In this document: one piece after another, positions 52,663 through 63,400 of the stretch | Position numbering within the stretch: position 1 is the first letter of the stretch | Layout: every line of letters starts with the position of its first letter | Origin: an uncultured delta proteobacterium | Lineage (GTDB): Bacteria > Myxococcota_A > UBA9160 > SZUA-336 | Length of the DNA: 64,000 nt | Assembly (NCBI GenBank): GCA_963704165.1 | Contig: CAVPHD010000003.1 | Location: 160,001 to 224,000 of the forward strand | Direction of reading: 5' to 3' | Translations under genes and position numbers: made by a program | The notes under the pieces: model-generated | Told to the model about the DNA's origin: nothing | What the model saw: only the letters and a program-made list of their open reading frames with translations | Database searches by the model: none

Positions 52663-54057
52663 CTATCCCCGCGACGATGAGAGGTCGTCCGCCGAGCAGA
52701 CGTGATCGCGCCCGAGCGCCTTCGCGAGGTACATCGCCTTGTCGGCCAGATCGAGCAGCCGCTCGCGACTGTCCCCGTGCGTCGGAAACGTCGCCACGCC
52801 GACGGAGATCGTGAGCCGCAAGTCGAGCCCGCGCTCGGCTCCGAACGAGTGGCTGGCCACCGACTGGCGAATTCGGTCCGCGACCGAGAGCGCGCCCTCG
52901 AGTCCGGTATCGACGAGCAGGATCGTGAACTCGTCGCCGCCGTACCGTCCGACCGTGTCGATCGCTCGCACGGAATCCTGCAGCAGCACGCCGAGCTCGC
53001 GCAGCACGCGCGAGCCGACGAGGTGCCCGAATCGGTCGTTCACCGTCTTGAATCGATCGAGATCGAGGAAGAGCACGGAAAGGCGGTTCTGCGAACGCGA
53101 TGCGCGGTTGACCTCACGGTCGAGCGCGGAGAGCAGGTACCGCGCGTTGTAGAGCGAGGTGACGTCGTCGATGAAGGCCTTCTCGCGCGCGTGGAGGAAG
53201 CGCTCGGCGTTGATCAATGCGAGCTCCGCCTGCTCGATCACGAGCTCGGCGCGTTCGCCCTCGTCGTCGTCGAACGGCCGGCCGTCCGAGAAGACCCAGA
53301 TGCCTCCGATCACGCGACCCTCGCTGCGAATCGGCAGCGCCAGGAGATCGGCGTCCACGATTCCCATGCCCTCGAGGGTGGCCGCATGGGCATCGCCGCT
53401 TCGGACCTCCGGCCGCTCGAGCTCGGACGGGTCGAAGATCTTGCCGAGCTCGATCTCCGCGCGAAGCGCGGTCAACTGCTCGGGCGAGAACCCGACGATC
53501 TCGACGCCCTCGCCGGTGTGGGCGGCCAGCTCGACGAGTCGGCCGACGGCACGGCTGCGCCCGGTGAGGCGAAGCACGATGTCGAGAGCCAGGGGCAGCA
53601 CGTCGCCGCTCTCGAGGCAGGCAGCGAGTACGCGTGCGGCCTCGAACGCCTGAATGCGGCCGCGCAGCGACAGGTTCTCGTCCATCAGACGCCGGCGGAG
53701 CAGGGTCCGCTTCACGCCGTAGGTGATCTCGGAGGCCGAGACCGGTTTGCGCAGGTAGTCTGCCGCGCCAAGACGCATGGCCTGGAGCGCGCTCTCGAGC
53801 GACGCGTATCCGGTCAGGACCACGACCTCGGTCCGCGGCGATGCACGCTTCACGCGCTCGAGCAGCTCGAGCCCGTCCATCTCTCGCATCGAGAGATCGG
53901 TGATCACCAGGTCGAATGGGCCCTCGTCACCGAGGCGGGACAGCGCCTCCCGGCCGCTCGCAGCCGTCGCGACGCGGAAGCCCTCCTGGACCAGCGCGTC
54001 GCGCGTCATCTCGCGTATCAGGCGGTCGTCATCGACCACCAGCACCCGCTTGTCCAT
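52663..54057 (-). CDS. response regulator diguanylate cyclase (REC-GAF-like-GGDEF)
   Basis: VLVVDDD, VITD, DLDRFKTVND, I-site RAID, RYGGDEF. Confidence 0.93.
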   Translation of the reverse strand: MDKRVLVVDDDRLIREMTRDALVQEGFRVATAASGREALSRLGDEGPFDLVITDLSMREMDGLELLERVKRASPRTEVVVLTGYASLESALQAMRLGAADYLRKPVSASEITYGVKRTLLRRRLMDENLSLRGRIQAFEAARVLAACLESGDVLPLALDIVLRLTGRSRAVGRLVELAAHTGEGVEIVGFSPEQLTALRAEIELGKIFDPSELERPEVRSGDAHAATLEGMGIVDADLLALPIRSEGRVIGGIWVFSDGRPFDDDEGERAELVIEQAELALINAERFLHAREKAFIDDVTSLYNARYLLSALDREVNRASRSQNRLSVLFLDLDRFKTVNDRFGHLVGSRVLRELGVLLQDSVRAIDTVGRYGGDEFTILLVDTGLEGALSVADRIRQSVASHSFGAERGLDLRLTISVGVATFPTHGDSRERLLDLADKAMYLAKALGRDHVCSADDLSSSRG

Positions 54058-54189
54058 CGCTTCGCGCCCCCCGCTCGCGTCGCTCCTCCGCGCTCGATCG
54101 GCTCGCGCGATCGGTAGCTTGATGGCGGAGTTGCGCGCGCGAGAGGCGGCGATGGCGCGACCGGACACGCCTGTCCCCGGGCGAAGCGC

Positions 54190-54819
54190 TCAGCCGTCCT
54201 CGCCCGCCCCGCGGATCACGACGCGGCGCCCCTCGATGCGCAGCCGCCCTCGCGCGTGGAGCTCGATCGCCATCGGGTAGAGCTCGCGCTCGACGGCGGC
54301 GACGCGATCGCCGAGCGAGGTCGGGGTGTCGTCCTCGCGAACGTCGATCGCCCGCTGCAGGATGATCGGTCCGGTGTCGTACTGCTCGTCGCAATAGTGG
54401 ATCGTCGCGCCGGTGACCTTCGCGCCGTACTCGAGTACCGCTCGGTGCACACGCTCGCCGTAGAACCCCTTGCCACAGAAGGCGGGGATCAGGGACGGGT
54501 GCGTGTTCATCGTGCGCCCGTTGTAGCCGCGAAGCTCGATTCGCGACAGGAATCCGGCGAGCACCAGGAGATCCGGAGGATCCTGCGCGAGCACCTCATG
54601 GATCGCGTCGTTGAAGGCACGTTCGTCGTCGAAGGCACGTCGCGCGATTCCGTACGCCGGGATCTGGTGGCGCCGGGCGCGCTCGAGTCCGAATGCATCG
54701 GGTTTCGACGAGATCACCGCGGTCAGATCGACGTCGAGGCGGCCGCGGGCGCGCTCCGCGATCAGGTTCTCGAGCGTCGTCCCGCCCCCGGAGAGGAGCA
54801 CCGCGATGCGAAGCGCCAT
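54190..54819 (-). CDS. purN: phosphoribosylglycinamide formyltransferase
   Basis: LSGGGTTL, LVLAGF, NTHPSLIPAF, TGATIH, YDTGPII. Confidence 0.96.
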   Translation of the reverse strand: MALRIAVLLSGGGTTLENLIAERARGRLDVDLTAVISSKPDAFGLERARRHQIPAYGIARRAFDDERAFNDAIHEVLAQDPPDLLVLAGFLSRIELRGYNGRTMNTHPSLIPAFCGKGFYGERVHRAVLEYGAKVTGATIHYCDEQYDTGPIILQRAIDVREDDTPTSLGDRVAAVERELYPMAIELHARGRLRIEGRRVVIRGAGEDG

Positions 54820-54836
54820 ATCTCCCCCCGAAACGC

Positions 54837-54873
54837 GAAGGCGCCTCCGGGCCTGGGGCCGAGAGGCGCCTTC
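54837..54873 (-). terminator. hairpin, putative intrinsic terminator after the giant outer-membrane protein gene
   Basis: 11-bp inverted repeat GAAGGCGCCTC / GAGGCGCCTTC; weak U-tract. Confidence 0.55.
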
Positions 54874-54894
54874 TTCAGTTCTCCGATCGCGCCA

Positions 54895-57800
54895 CTAGAA
54901 CGTGTAGCGAATCCGGAGCTCGGCCATGTCGCGATACAGAACCGGCGCGACGCCGCGGAAGACCGGGCTCTTGTAGTCCGAAACCGAGCCGTACTGCGCG
55001 ATCGGGTAGTACGAGCCCTGCTGCTTGTAGACGTGACCGAAGAACTGCGTGAACCCGATGCTCGTCGAGAACTTGTCGTTCCAGCGGTACGAGAGACCGG
55101 TGATCAACGCGCCCTGTGACTCCCAAGGTGCGTACAGGAGCGTCACGCGCGGAGCGAGGCGGTCCTGGAAGTAGCCGGTGAAGAACGTGAACGCGACGTT
55201 GCCGGTGATCGGAGCCCCCGCATACCCGTAGTTGCCGTCCTGACCACCCTCGCTGCCGTCGTAGTCCGGCAGGTAGCGCAGGAACATCTGCAGATTCAGG
55301 AAGAAGCTGCGGTTCGGGTTCAGGAAGTTGAAGAACGTCGGGCGATCGACGGAGACCGAGAGCACCAGCTCGTCGGTCTGCGACAGTCCCTCGTATTCGG
55401 TGTTGTTCGGGATCAGCTTGTTCGCCATCCACGAGAACTCGATGCCCCAGCTGGTCTTCGTGACGTCTTCGGCGAAGTCGAGACCGAAACCGAAGACGTT
55501 GCGCTTCTGGTAGTTGAAGACCATCTGGCGTCCGCCCTGCCAGAGGAAATCGCGGCGCCCGTAGCGGCCGTCACCGCCCGCCTTTCGGACCGGCAGGGTC
55601 TGCGTCGTCGCGCTGAGGATTCCCGCGACGCCTCTGCAGAAGACCGGTGAGCGAGGCGGCAAGCCGTTCGGGAACAGCGCGGCGAAGTTCTCCGAGCCCA
55701 CGCCTTCGTCGGCGCGGTACGGGCTGTACTGCACGCCGTCCTGGAGCGTGTCTCCGGGGATGCCGCTGCCGCAGAGGATGTTGTCGTCGGTGATCGGACC
55801 GGGAAGGTAGTCGTCCTGCCCGTCCCAGACCGCATCGCGGTTTCGGTCGAGATCGGCGCTGAGATCGCCGTCCAGGTCGCGACCGCGATTCGTCTGGCTT
55901 CCGAACTCCCCGAGCAGCGCATTGCGCTGCGCCACGCTCATCTGCACGTACTCCGGACCGTAGGGCGTGTCGATCGCCACCACCTGCGAGGCGAGCAGCC
56001 GGCGAAGCGTCGAGAGTCCCTCGGTCTGCTGCAGGTACTGCAGCTTCGCGAGATTCACGAGCCGGTTGACTCCGGTCCCGATCGGAGGCTGATTCGGGTC
56101 GCTGGGATTGTTGGGGTCGGCGACCGTGACGATCTCGACGGCGAAGCCGATCGGCATCGCGAGAACCAGCGACTTGCCCTCGGCCTTCGCGTCCCGCGGA
56201 TCGACGAGGACGCTGTTCACGCCTAGATAGCACCACTGCGACGAACAGCTCTCCTGTGGATCGTACGCGAGCAGGAAGTCCCGACCGGCAACTCGGGGAT
56301 CGGCCCCTCCGGGCACCGGAACGTCCACGATCTGGTAGTCGGCGGAGACGTTGGGATCCGACAGCGGCGCGGAGACGACGTCGAAATCGACCTCTTCGTC
56401 GTCGAAGACGTACTGGTTGCGAGCGAAGATGCCGTCCGGGCCGGCGATCGGATCGCCCGTCGCCTGGAGCGACGTATTGGACTGCGACCAGTAGCTGAGC
56501 TCCTGCAAGCTCTCCGGCGGATCGAAGACACGATCGGCGCCGATGATCTCGAGCGAGATCAGCAGCCGCTCGAAGTTCGCCGAAACCGTCTCGAGCGAGG
56601 TGCAGCCGAGGTTGAACGGGGTGGCGACGAGTCCCGCGTTCTCGGAGTTCATCCAGCGCGAACAGTATTCGCCGTCGATGTCGGAGTAGTCGATGTTCGC
56701 GAGGTCGTTCGGATCCTGGTTCGGGTCGATCAGGTTCCACTTGTTCAACGGGCTGTCGAGGTCGAGCGGGTTGTTCGGATCCGTGTTGAAGACGATCGCG
56801 CCGAACTTGTCGAGCATCTCCTGGTTGACGGTCCAGGGCATCGGCTCGATCCAGCTGTCCGCCTCGCGAATGTTGCCCGGCTGGATCTGGTACTCCGCAC
56901 GGCCGGTCGTCCCGAGGTTGATCACGTCCTGCGGCGTGAGCCCGAGGTACTCACCGCTCTCGATGTTCCCGACCGGCGACGGAGGGCTGTTCTGCACGCC
57001 CTGGCGCGTGAAGTCGGCATCGATGTCCATGCTCTGCTGCCCGTTGCGGCTGTAGTTCAGCCCGTACTGGTAGTAGAGCTTGTACTGGTTGTTCAGTCGC
57101 GTTCCGACGAGCGCACCGGGCGAGAGCGCCTTCAGGCCGACGAACTCCTGGGTCACCACGCTCGCGTCGGCGTTCATCAGGTCGATGCCGCCGAGCTTCG
57201 ACACGCCCAGCTCCGCGTCGCGCGTGAGATCCGTCGTGATCGAGGGATCGGCGGCCCAGAGCGCCTGCTGCTCGACGCTGCACGGCGAGGCGTAGGAAGG
57301 TCCGCAGCCGAGCAGGCTGGCCTGTCCCGGCACCAGGCTGACGCCGAGATCTTGATACTGGCCGTCCTGCAGGGCGAGCGGCTCGATCGCGAGGAACTGC
57401 TGCTTGAGGAAATCCATGTCGGTGCGGTTGATGACGCTGGTGCTGCCGTCGAGCTCGACGGCCTGGATCGTCTCGACACCGTCGAGGAGCACGGCACCGA
57501 GGGAACCGAGGCCGGAGATGATGTTCGAGAGCAGGCCGAAGTCGGTCGGGAAGTTCAGCCGGTCGAACGCGCAGAACCCTTCGTCCGAATCGAACGTGTA
57601 GGCGCACAGGGAATGGAAGAGCGTCTGGTTGATGTTCTGGAGCGCCGCCACCCCATCGGTGCTGCGCAGCGTCTGCTGTCCGTCGGGCGTGTCGGGCGGA
57701 TTCCAGAGCAGGCAGTTGCCGGCGCTCGGGAAGATGTTGTCGCCGGTCGTGTCGGCTCGTCCGTCCGGACCGACGGCCTGACCCTCGTCATTCGTGCGAA

Positions 57801-60390
57801 TCGTGCAGCCGGTGGAGGCATTTCGCGAGCCGACGGAGAGCGGCGCCCCCGTCACCGGGTCGGAGGTGCGCTCGTACTGCTGGACCAGATCGAGATAGAA
57901 GCCGTCGTCCCAGCCGTAGAAGTCGGAGATCGCGAACGTGAAGCGGTCCAAGCGCCCCTCGATGCGCGCGCCGAAGTCGAAGCGCTCGAACCCGGCATAG
58001 TCGTCGTAGGGGTTGTGCTCCCCGATCACACCGATTCCGGCGAGCCCGTTGGCCATCGCGCCGAAGCTCTTCAGGCAGACGATGTCGACCGCGGAACCCT
58101 CGCCGCACTTGCCGAGATCCGTCGGCTCGAAGCGGTTGAAGAGCCCGAGCACCTCGAGACGCAGATCCTCGACCGGACCCACGCGCATGAACATCTCCGG
58201 GGAGAACGTCATGCTGACGCCCCACTGCCCGACGCGCTGCTCCTCGAGCGGCGCGAAGATGCCGTTGCCGATGTCGAGCGGGTTGTTTCGATCCTGGTTG
58301 CGGAAGAGCTCCGTCTTGCCCCAGACCGTGATCAGCTTGCCGACGCGCGTGTAGACCTGGCTGTCCGCCATCTCGAACTCGAGGTAGCCCTCGGCAAACT
58401 CGTGCTCACGCTGGCTCGCGCCGTGGTTCCACTGCAGCGAATCGACGCTGTACTTGAGGTCGAGGTTCGACACCAGGTTGTCGTAGTTCTGGTACTCCCG
58501 GCGCTGGCCGGGCGAGTCGAAGTAGATCCCGTTGTCGCTCGCGCGCGGCCGGGCCGGCAGCGTGTTGTTCGGTCCGCCGTCCGCGTAGGATCGGAAGTCG
58601 GTCGCATCGAGCGGCTCGACCGTGGAGTCGAGAGGCCGAACGGTGAGATCGCCGAGCAGGCTCAGCACCTCGAACTGGACCCGCGCTTGCGGCGCGACCT
58701 GGCCGGCGTTCTGAGTCGGTGACGTGGTGTTGATCTCGATGCAGTTGCCGTCCCCGTTGACCCCGATGTTCAACGACGTGTTGTTCCTCGCGGTGGTGCT
58801 GCAGCCGATCGCCAGCGCCTGAGAGGTCAGGTCGCCGGCCGACGAGCCACAGGTCCCGGCCAACCGGTTGTACGTTCCGCCGGCAGCCGAACATCCCTGA
58901 TTGATCAGGAATGCATCGGTGTACACACCGTAGAGCTCGACGAGCTTCGTCGAGCCCGGGTTGCTCGCGCTCGGAACGTTGATCTTCGCGGTCAGCGAGT
59001 ACTTCGGACGCGCGACATCCGTCGCGGAGTTCCGGCCGAAGGTCGCGTCGAAGCGGTCCTCGTCCTCCGGGCCGGAAGCGGTGATCGGAGTCGAGAGCTC
59101 GTAGCCGGCCTGCAGGGCGCGATCGTTGTTGACGACGTAGGGCAAGTCGTCGGCCGTGTCGCGGATGCCGTCCGGACCGACGAAGAACGGATTGACCCGG
59201 TTGGAGGCGTTCGCCGCCGAGAAGACCGCCGTCCCCTCCGCGTCGTTGGTCTGCGGAAGGCCTCCGATCGTCATGACCAGCGTCTCGCCGAGCGCCTGGT
59301 CGTAGTGACCGATCGTGTCGAGCGCGCCACCGCCCGCGAAGTATCCATCGGGGCGAATCGGCGTGTTGATCGTCGCCAGGAACGGCCAGACCATGCTGCC
59401 GAGCTGACTCGAGCCCCACTTCGCGGTGAGCAGCTCGGGAGCCATGTCCTCGGCCAGGATCCCGAAGCGACTCACATCCGGGCGCGTCGCGAGGAGCGCG
59501 GGAATGTTCGCGTCGAAGGTCGTCTCCGGCGTGCCCAGGATCGCGTCCGCCTCCGCGGTCAACGCCGCCGCGAGCGCGGGATCGTCGGTCTCGCTCGCCT
59601 CCGCAAGCAGCGCCATGCGGTAGGCGTTTTGCGCGTTCGACAGAACGTTGCCGTTGATCAGCAGGCTCTGGATGCGCGTGTATTCGTCGTTTCCGATCCG
59701 GGGTCGTGCCGCGGCCGAAAGGCTCGCGCGAGTGAACGGATGGAAGGATCCCGCTCGGACCTCCCAGGTCTTGTTGCCCGTCTGGTTGTTCGGGTTGTCG
59801 AGCGGGGACTTGTTGTTCAGGTTGCAGAAGACCGCCAGCGGAAAGGGATTCGAGAAGACCCCGGCCGGATTCTCACAGTCGCGGTAGCGGCGGCCCGGGT
59901 TCAGCTCCTGCTGCCCCGGGACGAGCGAGCCGGGGCGGTACGTCTGCTCGAGCAGGCCCGCGAAGTACGGCGACTTGTTCTTGACGTCCTCTCGGAGCGA
60001 GAGCGGCTGCCGCACCGCCGAGCGCTGATCGTCCCCGTACGAATCGGCGCTGTTGAAGAGTCCGCAGGAGCGCGAGTAGATGCAGTCGTAGCTGATCAGG
60101 AAGCGCGAGAACAAGAACATCGAGTCGAACGGCCCGAAGCCGTCCGGGAAGGCGTTGAACTCGACCTCGGTCGAGAGCACGTGGCGCCAGCTCGACCAGG
60201 TCGCTCCGTTCAGCGGCAGCTCGGAACCGACGAACATGAGCCGCGACTCGTAGAAACCGTGGATGGAGAGCTTGCGTTCCCCCTCCAGTTCCCACTCGAA
60301 CGCCGCGGCCGTCCGCGCGACTCCGCTCCCGATCAACAGGATGCCGAGGAGCAGAGCGGCAGCATTTCCGGCTTTCAGCGTTCCCCTCAT
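54895..60390 (-). CDS. giant DUF1302-like outer-membrane beta-barrel protein (about 1,830 aa)
   Basis: signal peptide (..TAAA/FEW); EGYLE..RVGKLITVWGKTELFRNQDRNNPLD; amphipathic C-terminal strands ending ELRIRYTF. Confidence 0.75.
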   Translation of the reverse strand: MRGTLKAGNAAALLLGILLIGSGVARTAAAFEWELEGERKLSIHGFYESRLMFVGSELPLNGATWSSWRHVLSTEVEFNAFPDGFGPFDSMFLFSRFLISYDCIYSRSCGLFNSADSYGDDQRSAVRQPLSLREDVKNKSPYFAGLLEQTYRPGSLVPGQQELNPGRRYRDCENPAGVFSNPFPLAVFCNLNNKSPLDNPNNQTGNKTWEVRAGSFHPFTRASLSAAARPRIGNDEYTRIQSLLINGNVLSNAQNAYRMALLAEASETDDPALAAALTAEADAILGTPETTFDANIPALLATRPDVSRFGILAEDMAPELLTAKWGSSQLGSMVWPFLATINTPIRPDGYFAGGGALDTIGHYDQALGETLVMTIGGLPQTNDAEGTAVFSAANASNRVNPFFVGPDGIRDTADDLPYVVNNDRALQAGYELSTPITASGPEDEDRFDATFGRNSATDVARPKYSLTAKINVPSASNPGSTKLVELYGVYTDAFLINQGCSAAGGTYNRLAGTCGSSAGDLTSQALAIGCSTTARNNTSLNIGVNGDGNCIEINTTSPTQNAGQVAPQARVQFEVLSLLGDLTVRPLDSTVEPLDATDFRSYADGGPNNTLPARPRASDNGIYFDSPGQRREYQNYDNLVSNLDLKYSVDSLQWNHGASQREHEFAEGYLEFEMADSQVYTRVGKLITVWGKTELFRNQDRNNPLDIGNGIFAPLEEQRVGQWGVSMTFSPEMFMRVGPVEDLRLEVLGLFNRFEPTDLGKCGEGSAVDIVCLKSFGAMANGLAGIGVIGEHNPYDDYAGFERFDFGARIEGRLDRFTFAISDFYGWDDGFYLDLVQQYERTSDPVTGAPLSVGSRNASTGCTIRTNDEGQAVGPDGRADTTGDNIFPSAGNCLLWNPPDTPDGQQTLRSTDGVAALQNINQTLFHSLCAYTFDSDEGFCAFDRLNFPTDFGLLSNIISGLGSLGAVLLDGVETIQAVELDGSTSVINRTDMDFLKQQFLAIEPLALQDGQYQDLGVSLVPGQASLLGCGPSYASPCSVEQQALWAADPSITTDLTRDAELGVSKLGGIDLMNADASVVTQEFVGLKALSPGALVGTRLNNQYKLYYQYGLNYSRNGQQSMDIDADFTRQGVQNSPPSPVGNIESGEYLGLTPQDVINLGTTGRAEYQIQPGNIREADSWIEPMPWTVNQEMLDKFGAIVFNTDPNNPLDLDSPLNKWNLIDPNQDPNDLANIDYSDIDGEYCSRWMNSENAGLVATPFNLGCTSLETVSANFERLLISLEIIGADRVFDPPESLQELSYWSQSNTSLQATGDPIAGPDGIFARNQYVFDDEEVDFDVVSAPLSDPNVSADYQIVDVPVPGGADPRVAGRDFLLAYDPQESCSSQWCYLGVNSVLVDPRDAKAEGKSLVLAMPIGFAVEIVTVADPNNPSDPNQPPIGTGVNRLVNLAKLQYLQQTEGLSTLRRLLASQVVAIDTPYGPEYVQMSVAQRNALLGEFGSQTNRGRDLDGDLSADLDRNRDAVWDGQDDYLPGPITDDNILCGSGIPGDTLQDGVQYSPYRADEGVGSENFAALFPNGLPPRSPVFCRGVAGILSATTQTLPVRKAGGDGRYGRRDFLWQGGRQMVFNYQKRNVFGFGLDFAEDVTKTSWGIEFSWMANKLIPNNTEYEGLSQTDELVLSVSVDRPTFFNFLNPNRSFFLNLQMFLRYLPDYDGSEGGQDGNYGYAGAPITGNVAFTFFTGYFQDRLAPRVTLLYAPWESQGALITGLSYRWNDKFSTSIGFTQFFGHVYKQQGSYYPIAQYGSVSDYKSPVFRGVAPVLYRDMAELRIRYTF

Positions 60391-60427
60391 CACGTTCCCC
60401 TCTCTGCGAGCGACCCGAATCTGGAAA

Positions 60428-63400
60428 TTATCCGATGCTTCCGACCGCGGACTTCACTTGCGTGGCACCCATGTCATGTTGCTCCGAAGACGCAGAGGGT
60501 GACGCTGAGAAGAACTTCGGCCGCAGGATCGAAACGCACGCCGGAACGAGAAAAACCGCGCCCAGCATGTTCATGCCCATCAAGATGCTCAGAAGTTGCG
60601 CCATCTCGGCTTGGAAGCGGAGATTGCTGAACGACCACACGACGATGCCCGCGATCAACGTCGTCGCCGTGAACGAGACGGCCATTCCGGTGGTCCGAAT
60701 CGCGCGGCGGATCGCCTCGTCGAGGTCGCCGCACCAGACGTATTCCTGTTTGATCCGGTCGGTGACATAGAGCGAGTAGTCTACGCCGATTCCGACACCG
60801 ACGGATTGGACCGGTAGCGTCTGGATCGTGAGCCCGGTTTCTCGCAGCGCCATGTAGGCGAGCGATCCCATCGTGGCGACGGCCAGGCTGAAGACCAGGA
60901 TCAGGCCGGACGACGGCGAGCGATAGCTGACCGCCACGAACGTCCAGCAGATCAGGAAGATCAGCACGATGTTCGCGACGTGTCCGCGCTCGACCTCTTC
61001 GTTCACGGCGGCGTACACACCCATGATGCCGCCGGCGAGCACGAACTCGGCGCCTCGCGTGTAGGTGTTCGTACGCTGGGGGTTGAACGAGGTGTCCTTG
61101 AACTTCGAGTTCTGGGTCCAGAGCTCGTAACGGCAGTAGTGGCGGCAGTACCGGATCGTCTGCGCGGTGATGTTGCCGTCGTCGTTCTTCCACTCCTCGT
61201 CGATGTAGTACACGCTGCGGGACACGATGTGGTTGACGAGATCGCCGACGGTCTCGAGACCGACCATCACGTCTTCCTTGGTGGAATCGACGGTCTCGAC
61301 CCGGTAGTCGTACTCGGCCGAGAGCTTCTCGCCGATCTTGCCGAGCCTCTGGGCATTCAGGCCGAGATCCTTTCTCATCCGATCGGTGAGGCTGATCTCG
61401 GGAAGCTTCTTGAGCGACAGCGCCTTGATCGCCGCGATCACGTTCTTCTCGACCTCGGCCGGATCGACCGACTCGGTCCAGCGATCGATGCGGACGGCAT
61501 CCTTCCCCTGGTAGCCGGTGATCTTCTGGTCGTCGTTGATGTCCGCGACCTGCACGACCATCTCGCTGTGTCGGGGGAAGAGCACCGGACCGAAGAGGTA
61601 GTAGGCGGCCGAGAGAATCCCGCCCTTGTCCTCGACGAGGCGCACGCTGATGCGCCCCATCGGGTTGGCCTCGATGAACTCCTGCGCATAGTGGATCGCG
61701 CGCTTGATCGTCCTGCCTTTGTGATCGCGGAAGAAGAACGTGATGTTCGCGTCCTCCGCGTCCTCGGTCAGGAACGGGCGCAGGAACCCCGGGATGCTGC
61801 TCCGCTGAAGCTGGAAGATGATCCCGCCGACGGTCTGCGCGGAATCGGGCACGAACCCCCACTTCGGATCCGCGTAGTGATTCACGAGCCAGTACTGCTT
61901 GATGATGTCGACGAGCGATATCGTCGCGCCCGGATCGACGTGCTTCTTCATCCAGCGCTGCATCGCTTCCATGCGCTGGAGCACGAGCCCGTCGGAGCTT
62001 GCGCTCTTGCCGTCGCCATCGACGAAGATCGTCATCTGGTCGACACCACCGAACTTCTCGCCGAGCTCCGCGGTCGCGACGTTGAACGGATGATCGGGCC
62101 AGAAGATCGGAACGCCCGGACGGCTCTCGCCCACCGTCGTGTGGAAGAGCACGTAGTAGGTCGCCACCATCAACGCGAGAGCGGTTCCGCCCGTGAGCGC
62201 GAACTTGCTGACCCGCCCGGTGGCGAGGTTGCCGGCGAAGGTGAGGAAGGCGTTCATCCAACGCGGCGTGAAGTGCTCGTAAGCGTGCGGTGGCGGCAGG
62301 TACGCGATCATGATCGGGTGGAGCAGGATCACGTTGAAGATGATCGCGATGACCCAGAACGAGCCGAAGATCGACAGATCTCGCATCGTCTGGATCGTCG
62401 TCAGGAAGCACACCGCGAGACCCGCGGCGTCGGTGATGATCCCGAGCATCCCGGGCAGCATCAGCTTGGCCATGGCGGTGGTCGCGGTCTCGACCTTCGC
62501 TTCGTTCATCTCCTCCGGCGTCATCTTGCGACCGAGCTTCCGCTCGAGCGCGCCGCACTCCATCTCGTAGTCCTCGAAGAAGCGCTCGGCCATCTGGATC
62601 GTGTGCGAGATCGAGCGCGCCGTGATCAAGAGCGGAATCACGAGGATGAGCGGATCGAGCGTGATCCCGAGCCAGGCGCAGAAGCCCATGCCCCAGATCG
62701 CGGTCGCGAGTCCGGCGACCATCGGAATCGCCACGCCGTGCAGCCGGCGGAAGTAGGCGAGCAGCAGGAAGAACAGCGAGACGATCGTGAGCAGCAGGTA
62801 GTAGCCCATCTCGAACGCCTGCGAGATCACGTAGCCCGTCGCCATCGGAGCGCCCGAGATGAAGATCTCCGCGGTTCCGTCCGCTTCCTCTTCGGCCTTC
62901 AGATTCTGCAGATAGTTGAAGAGCTCGATGTAGGCTTCGCTGTTGTCGAGCCGGTGCGTGATGAAGCCGGCCGAGACGAGACAGGCGCGGTGATCCTTCG
63001 AGACGAGGTTGCCGTAGATCATGCCCGGGTTCTCGAGCACCGTCTCTTTCAGCTTGGCGAGATCCTCGGGCTCTTCGGGGATCTCCTCGAGCAGCGGGAC
63101 GGCCTCGATGGCGCCGTCGGGCTCGATGTGGATCACGCGCGTGTTGATGTGAGAGAGGCTCCGCACCTGGTAGTGATTGACGTTGGGCGCCTTGTCGAGC
63201 TTGTCCGTGACGCGCGAGACCTTCTCGAGGAAGTCGTAGTCGTAGATCTGCCCCTCTTTCTTGATCACCGCGATCGCGATGAACGAGGCCGATCCGAACT
63301 TGCCCGAGAACTTGTCCTGCGAGTGGATGTACGGGTGCTCGGGGTAGGTCTTCCGCACGTTCGCGTCGACGCGGAAGCGCGCCTTCACGCCGAGCAGGAG

